From positions 7,487 to 71,486 of the forward strand of contig CAZRJG010000004.1 in assembly GCA_964600365.1 (NCBI GenBank): a stretch of 64,000 bases of DNA. The letters are read 5' to 3'. The position numbers and the translations under genes are program-made. Positions 59,040 through 64,000 of the stretch are shown here, piece after piece. The notes under the pieces were generated by a model. The model worked only from the letters and a program-made list of their open reading frames with translations. It did no database searches and was not told the DNA's origin. Positions within the stretch are counted from its first letter, which is position 1. Every line of letters begins with the position of its first letter. This stretch comes from an uncultured Acidimicrobiia bacterium. GTDB lineage: Bacteria; Actinomycetota; Acidimicrobiia; Spongiisociales; JAENVV01.

Positions 59040-59699
59040 CTACCCCCAGCAGGGTTCGCTCGGGTACCAGTGGCTCCAGCCCCCGCGCTCGTAGACGAGC
59101 CATGCAGCCACGCCCACGTTCGCGACGGGGTCGAAGACGTCGTCTCCAGCGAACCCGGCTTGTGGCGCACGGTTGCCCCACATGGACGCGAGGTGTTGGA
59201 AGAGGCCCGAGGCGGTCGAGTTCGGGTTCTTCGCCCAGCGGTCCCCGCGGCTCTCGCACCACATCACGTCGAGCGCACGGTCCACGTCATCGTCCTCGAA
59301 GTAGAGGGAGACGAGGGGGCGCCATCGCTCGAGCGACTCCCGGTCGGCGGGATCATCTGGTTCGTCGGGGACGAGGGCGTCGATGCCGACTTCCCGCAGG
59401 ATGCAGACGGCGCCCCGGCGGGGGATGTCGCAGCCGAACCACTCGTTGAGAGTCTGGCCGTGGGCAGGGTCGGTGACCTCGTTCGTCGGGACGGGCGTCG
59501 CCACCGAGACAGGGGTACGCAACACGTCACGAACGATGAACGGGTTGAGCTCGGCCGTGAACGGCGCCGCCAGCGGCAGCTGCCGGGCAGGTGTCGTGTC
59601 GGGGGGTGTGGCGTCGTCGGCGGAGAACCCCGCGCCACCGGCGAAGAAGATCGCGGTGAGGAGGGTGAGGCCGGCGAGCACCGAGGTGATGTAGCGCAT
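59040..59699 (-). CDS. Secreted transglycosylase (SLT/Rpf-like) domain protein
   Basis: Signal peptide MRYITSVLAGLTLLTAIFFAGGAG; C-terminal WCESRGDRWAKNPNSTASGLFQ...W matches the ES...N..S.AxGLxQ lytic transglycosylase core. Confidence 0.65.
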   Translation of the reverse strand: MRYITSVLAGLTLLTAIFFAGGAGFSADDATPPDTTPARQLPLAAPFTAELNPFIVRDVLRTPVSVATPVPTNEVTDPAHGQTLNEWFGCDIPRRGAVCILREVGIDALVPDEPDDPADRESLERWRPLVSLYFEDDDVDRALDVMWCESRGDRWAKNPNSTASGLFQHLASMWGNRAPQAGFAGDDVFDPVANVGVAAWLVYERGGWSHWYPSEPCWG

Positions 59700-59864
59700 G
59701 ATGACCTCCAGGGGGCCCGGCGCGCGGCCACCCGACAGGAGGTGGGGAGGCGTCGACCGACGGGAAACGACGCACATTCGTGCGCCGTGCCCACCACGAT
59801 ACCGGCCCCCCCTCGCTACGTGGGGTCGTGGGCTTGGTACCGTCGCTCGCGAGGAGGCAGGTAC

Positions 59865-60653
59865 ATGGCAGAGAAGGTGACAATCCGCAACGCGGGGAAG
59901 GCGGCGGGTCGCATTGCCCGGCTCCAGTTCGCGTGGGACAGCGATCCCATCACGCGACTCATGGAACGCGTCGGTGTCCCCTCGGCCGTGGGGTACTTCG
60001 CGGTGCGAGCCGCGCCCCTCGGGACAGCCGATCCGATGGTGGCCCAGGCGCTCATGCCGTTCTTCCCGGTGCCGTTGGTCGCCTCGATGGTCGAACATGC
60101 GAGGGCGGTCACCCCTGCCGAGGAGATCAGGGCGATCGCCCGTGAGGAACTGGATCGCGCCGGTGACGAGGTGTTCGGTCCCTACGAGCACCTCGGGGAG
60201 TTGGTCGAGCTCGCAGAGGCAGCCGCCGCCAGGATCGACATCTTTGGCCGGGCCCTGACCACGGCGTGGCACTCATACGAGTGGGAGACACCGGGCGGTC
60301 GACTCTTCGGTGCTGCCACCGTCCTGCGTGAGCACCGTGGCGAGGGCCATTGGTTCGCGGTCCGCCATGCCGGCCTCACCGGCGACGAGGTGCATGTCCT
60401 CTCACGCCTCGCATCGGGGAGGGGCCGCGAGGGAATCGGACACGGCTACCGGCCCGATGATCTCGACCGCGTCATCCCGAGCCTCGAGGGGAAGGGCCTC
60501 CTCATGGAGGACAACGCCACCGTGAGGGGAACGACCGTGCTCGAGGAGATCGAACGGGATACCGATGCATTCGACCGGGACCCGTGGACGGCGTTCGATG
60601 ACGAGCAGATGGCACGGTTCGTGGAGCTGGCGCTCGGTGCGCCGACGCCCTAG
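59865..60653 (+). CDS. Hypothetical protein
   Basis: 262 aa starting MAEKVTIRNAGKAAG, normal composition; the upstream part of the track ORF is junk. Confidence 0.5.
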   Translation: MAEKVTIRNAGKAAGRIARLQFAWDSDPITRLMERVGVPSAVGYFAVRAAPLGTADPMVAQALMPFFPVPLVASMVEHARAVTPAEEIRAIAREELDRAGDEVFGPYEHLGELVELAEAAAARIDIFGRALTTAWHSYEWETPGGRLFGAATVLREHRGEGHWFAVRHAGLTGDEVHVLSRLASGRGREGIGHGYRPDDLDRVIPSLEGKGLLMEDNATVRGTTVLEEIERDTDAFDRDPWTAFDDEQMARFVELALGAPTP

Positions 60654-61555
60654 CTCGACGGCGAGCCGAAGACCCTGATCTCGGCGATGGAGAGGTCGTT
60701 GAAGCCCGGGAGCACGTCCTCGCCCTCGCCGATCGCCTGCGACGGGTGCGTCGAGACGATCTCGATCGTGAGGGTCGTGGAGAGCGTCGTGTTGAAGACC
60801 ACCGGTGCAAGCGTCCCCCCGGCGTCGTCCAGACTCGCAAGCTGCGGTGTCGTGACATCGGAGGCGGTGATCCGTAGGCCGTTCGGGCGGTGGTTGCGGA
60901 GGAAACGCTCGGTGCCGGCCTCGAGGTTGGTGATCTCGATGTAGCCGATTGCGTACGGCCGATCGAGCGTGAGGGTGATGGTGAGGTTCGTCGCCGGATC
61001 CCCCGGGATCGGGGCGTTCCAGTCGGTGTCGGAGAGCCCGTCGAAGAGGGCGTCGCATGGGCGGTTTGCATACTCGGCCGAACAGGTCGCCCTGATGATC
61101 ACCGCCGGGCCCACCTGGGGCTCGGTCGTGGTCGTGGTCGTGGTCGACCCTGCGACCGCCGTGTCGTCCGGCGAGGCGGAGTCGCCGCGCAGGGCGTTGA
61201 AGATGAAGGCGATGACGATCACTGCGATGAGCGCGCTGGCGGCGAGGATCGCCGTGCGCATCGCGGCCGTGGTCTGGATGATGGGCTGTGGGGCGACGGC
61301 GAGCTGGGAGCCGAGCCGGGCGCCACACTGCTCACAGTGCTGGTTCGCCGCCGGGTTCGTGCTGCCGCAGAGGGAGCAGCGGATGGAGTCCTCGACGGGC
61401 CGGAGGTCCTCGTGCTCGACGGGTCCTCCCTCCAGCTCGAAGCGTTCGGCTTCGAGGGAGTCGATACCCATCCACTCACCACAGGTGGGGCAGAACTCCT
61501 CCGTGGGATGGACGAGGGCTTGGCAGTTCGTGCAGGGCCGTGACTCGGACGCCAT
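60650..61555 (-). CDS. Double zinc-ribbon, single-pass membrane protein with an extracellular beta-sandwich (discoidin-like) domain
   Basis: CTNC...CPTC and CSLC...CEQC ribbons, TM (ILAASALIAVIVIAFIF), Thr-rich linker, C-terminal domain. Confidence 0.7.
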   Translation of the reverse strand: MASESRPCTNCQALVHPTEEFCPTCGEWMGIDSLEAERFELEGGPVEHEDLRPVEDSIRCSLCGSTNPAANQHCEQCGARLGSQLAVAPQPIIQTTAAMRTAILAASALIAVIVIAFIFNALRGDSASPDDTAVAGSTTTTTTTEPQVGPAVIIRATCSAEYANRPCDALFDGLSDTDWNAPIPGDPATNLTITLTLDRPYAIGYIEITNLEAGTERFLRNHRPNGLRITASDVTTPQLASLDDAGGTLAPVVFNTTLSTTLTIEIVSTHPSQAIGEGEDVLPGFNDLSIAEIRVFGSPSS

Positions 61556-61648
61556 GGGTGCATTCTGGCACGCCGAGGGGTTTCGCCCGTGCCAAGGGTC
61601 GTCGCGACCCGGTTCGCGCTGTCACACCTGTCTCCTACGATCCGTGAC

Positions 61649-62938
61649 ATGACGTATCGCTGTGACTCCTGCGGCTACTCCTCGGGGAAGTGGATGGGGT
61701 TCTGCCCCCAGTGCGGCGACGGGTCCGGCCTCGTGGAAGTGGCTGACGTCCCTCGGCGGAGATCAGCCGTTGTCGCCCCAACACCCGAACCCATGGGGTC
61801 GGTGCGCACCAGTGGCGAGGATCGGGTCGTCGTGGGGATCGGGGAGGTCGACCGGGTGCTGGGGGGAGGGCTCGTGCCCGGCGGGGTCCTTCTCCTCGGT
61901 GGGGAGCCGGGCGTTGGGAAGTCGTCGTTGGTCCTCCAGGTGGCCGGCGGACTCGCCGCCAACGGGGGCTCGGTGCTCATCGCGACGGCGGAGGAGTCTG
62001 CCGCGCAGGTGGCCCTCCGGGCAGAGCGGCTCGGGGTCGCCGACGACGGGGTGCGGCTCCTCGCCCACGACGACATGGACGCGATCCTCGCCGCCGCAGA
62101 GGTGGACGACCCGGACCTGCTGGTCATCGACTCGATCCAAACCGTGCGGGTTGCCGATGCCGGATCCACCGCGGGGGCGGTGAGCCAGGTCCGCGAGTCC
62201 TCGGCCCGCGCCATCCGCTTCGCGAAGGAACGCGGCGTCGCAACGGTGCTCATCGGCCATGTCACGAAGGATGGGGGGATCGCCGGTCCTCGTCTGCTCG
62301 AGCACATGGTCGACGTGGTCCTCTACCTCGAGGGCGAGTCGGACCGTGGCATCCGCAGCCTGTACGCCCTCAAGAACAGGTTCGGGGCGACACATGTCGC
62401 CGGCCTGTTCGAAATGCGCCCCGACGGGCTCGCCGAGGTGCCCGATCCGAGCGCGGCGCTGGTTGCGGGATGGCGCGGGACGAGCCCCGGCTCGGTGGCC
62501 TTCCCGACCGTGCAGGGCCGTCGGGCGTTCCTGGTCGAGATCCAGGCACTCGTTGCGCCGTCGAATGCGCCCCAACCCCGGCGATCGTCCCGTGGGGTCG
62601 AACCCGCCCGAGTCCACCAACTCCTCGCGGTGATGCACCGCCACCTCGGCCTCCCCACTACCGACAAGGAGGTCTATGTGACAGTCACGGGAGGTGTGGT
62701 CGTGCGTGAGCCCGAAGTCGACCTCCCGATCATCGCCTCGGTGGCGAGCAGTCTCCTCGACCATCCCCTCGGGTCCGTCGCCACATGGGGCGAGACGGGG
62801 TTGACCGGTGAGGTCCGGCTCCCGAGCCACGGAGATCGACGCCACGCCGAGGCGTCGCGACTCGGCCTCACCCCTATCGCCCCAGAGCCGGGCGAGACGC
62901 TTGGGGCGGTGCTCGGGAGGCTCGGCCTCTCTCGATGA
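61649..62938 (+). CDS. radA: DNA repair protein RadA/Sms
   Basis: CDSCGYSSGKWMGFCPQCG zinc finger, GEPGVGKSSL Walker A, KNRFG, C-terminal Lon-like domain. Confidence 0.95.
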   Translation: MTYRCDSCGYSSGKWMGFCPQCGDGSGLVEVADVPRRRSAVVAPTPEPMGSVRTSGEDRVVVGIGEVDRVLGGGLVPGGVLLLGGEPGVGKSSLVLQVAGGLAANGGSVLIATAEESAAQVALRAERLGVADDGVRLLAHDDMDAILAAAEVDDPDLLVIDSIQTVRVADAGSTAGAVSQVRESSARAIRFAKERGVATVLIGHVTKDGGIAGPRLLEHMVDVVLYLEGESDRGIRSLYALKNRFGATHVAGLFEMRPDGLAEVPDPSAALVAGWRGTSPGSVAFPTVQGRRAFLVEIQALVAPSNAPQPRRSSRGVEPARVHQLLAVMHRHLGLPTTDKEVYVTVTGGVVVREPEVDLPIIASVASSLLDHPLGSVATWGETGLTGEVRLPSHGDRRHAEASRLGLTPIAPEPGETLGAVLGRLGLSR

Positions 62939-62969
62939 ATCAGCGGTGCAGGGAGGCCTCCCGCACCCC

Positions 62970-64000
62970 ATGGCAGGGACGAACTACCCTTCGCCACAGA
63001 TGGCGGCTCCCCGGGAACTCACAGCACTCCTCCAGCGCATGGCGCCGGGTACCGCGCTGTGGCAAGCGATCCAACGCATCGTCCAGCAGCGCAACGGCGC
63101 GCTCGTGGTGCTCGGCTGGGGTGATCACGTGGAGGCGGTCTGCTCGGGTGGGTTCGTGCTCGAGGGTTGCACCTTCACGAGCGCCCGATTGGCCGAACTC
63201 GCCAAGATGGATGGGGCGATCGTCCTGGACCTCGACCAACAGCGCCTCATCCGTGCGAACACCCACCTCCAACCGGACGCCTCCCTCCCCTCGTCGGAGA
63301 CGGGGGCTCGCCACCGCACCGCGGAGCGGGTCGCGCTTCACACGGGCTGCGCGGTCCTCGCCGTGTCGGAGACCCGTGGTGTGGCCACGATCTTTCTTCC
63401 CGGCCTGAAGCACGAGCTCGAGTCCTCGGCCGAGTTGCTCACGCGGGTGAATCAACTCCTCCTCACCCTCGAGCGGTTCCGTCGCAGGTTCGACTCGGCG
63501 GTCGATCGCCTTGATCGCTATGAGGTGAACGGGATCGCCACGGCGCGCCACGTAGTCGCCGTGCTCCAGCGCATGGAACTCATGCACCGCATCGGCACGC
63601 GGATCGAGCTCGACACGGTCGGCCTCGGGGGCCAGGCCGAGTTCGTCGACCTCCAATACGGCGACCTCCTGGCCGGGTCCGCCGACGTCGCCCGCCTCGT
63701 CATGGACGACTACCTCTCCGACGGGATGGAGCCCTCGGACGTGCTCGGGCGCCTCGCAGCGCTGTCGCCCTCGGAGCTCTCGGATCCCCATGAGGTCGGA
63801 GCAGCGCTCGGCTTCTCCCACCTCGACGCCGAGGTCCAGCCGCGTGGCAACCGCCTCCTCGCCACGGTCCCACGCCTTCCCGAGTCGGTGCGTGCCTCAC
63901 TCATCGATCACTTCGACGACTTCGACGCGCTCATCCACGCCGAGGCGTCCGCCCTGGTCGAGGTCGAGGGTATTGGGGAATCCCGGGCAGTCCAGTTGCG
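62970..64000 (+). CDS. disA: DNA integrity scanning protein DisA (diadenylate cyclase), truncated by the window end
   Basis: DAC domain (GALVVLGWGD, DGAIVLD, TGARHRTAER) and C-terminal HhH (GIGESRAVQL). This frame is absent from the ORF track because no stop falls inside the window. Confidence 0.9.
   Translation, partial: MAGTNYPSPQMAAPRELTALLQRMAPGTALWQAIQRIVQQRNGALVVLGWGDHVEAVCSGGFVLEGCTFTSARLAELAKMDGAIVLDLDQQRLIRANTHLQPDASLPSSETGARHRTAERVALHTGCAVLAVSETRGVATIFLPGLKHELESSAELLTRVNQLLLTLERFRRRFDSAVDRLDRYEVNGIATARHVVAVLQRMELMHRIGTRIELDTVGLGGQAEFVDLQYGDLLAGSADVARLVMDDYLSDGMEPSDVLGRLAALSPSELSDPHEVGAALGFSHLDAEVQPRGNRLLATVPRLPESVRASLIDHFDDFDALIHAEASALVEVEGIGESRAVQL

Noticed and set aside
62935-63408. 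157-aa + ORF in the track after radA
   Set aside because: It is out of frame relative to the clearly recognisable DisA reading frame that starts at 62970; Ser/Arg-rich junk

Overview
This is a 64 kb chromosomal segment with about 70% GC. Genes are densely packed and often translationally coupled through ATGA/GTGA overlaps, and many long Arg/Pro/Gly-rich antisense shadow ORFs appear in the track. The gene content (radA-disA pair, Mrp antiporter, transglycosylase-like protein, TetR/MarR-type regulators) fits a high-GC Gram-positive, actinobacterium-like organism. No rRNA, tRNA, CRISPR array or obvious mobile element was recognised.

Gene content from 5' to 3':
- **Mo-hydroxylase operon (158..6168).** Xanthine-dehydrogenase-family enzyme in M-S-L order, followed by a cyclase/formamidase-like protein, a Zn-ADH and an LMW-PTP.
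- **Central-carbon operon on the minus strand (6203..15300).** IMDH-family dehydrogenase, archaeal type II GAPDH, archaeal-type PGK, two cupins, a split transketolase, an SDR, an MBL hydrolase and an MFS transporter.
- **Divergent PPDK-like dikinase (15549..17672).** It lacks the PEP/pyruvate barrel and carries a novel C-terminal domain. It shares an AT-rich ATCGAT-T-ATCGA operator-like motif with the cupin-transketolase promoter.
- **gdhA (18918..20267)**, followed by a small co-transcribed protein and a fasciclin lipoprotein.
- **TetR/oxidoreductase pair (21351..23111)**, then a decayed fpg/nei pseudogene (23150..23645).
- **Ion-homeostasis genes.** NhaP-type antiporter; a wHTH regulator divergent from an Mrp operon in A-B-C-D-F order ending in a fused MrpG-MrpE polypeptide; a CPA2 antiporter; TrkA/TrkH; and a prokaryotic SLC12-like cotransporter.
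- **Carbohydrate locus (41184..53848).** ABC transporter (lipoprotein SBP, N-terminally extended MalF-like permease, MalG-like permease), Gfo/Idh/MocA oxidoreductase, GH13 alpha-glucosidase, 2-hydroxyacid dehydrogenase, PfkB kinase, LacD-like class I aldolase and a FucI/AraA-like isomerase. This looks like an uncharacterised aldose-to-ketose-to-ketose-phosphate-to-triose pathway.
- **Remainder.** GH3 beta-glucosidase, a hypothetical protein, an SLT-like transglycosylase, a zinc-ribbon membrane protein, radA and the 5' part of disA.
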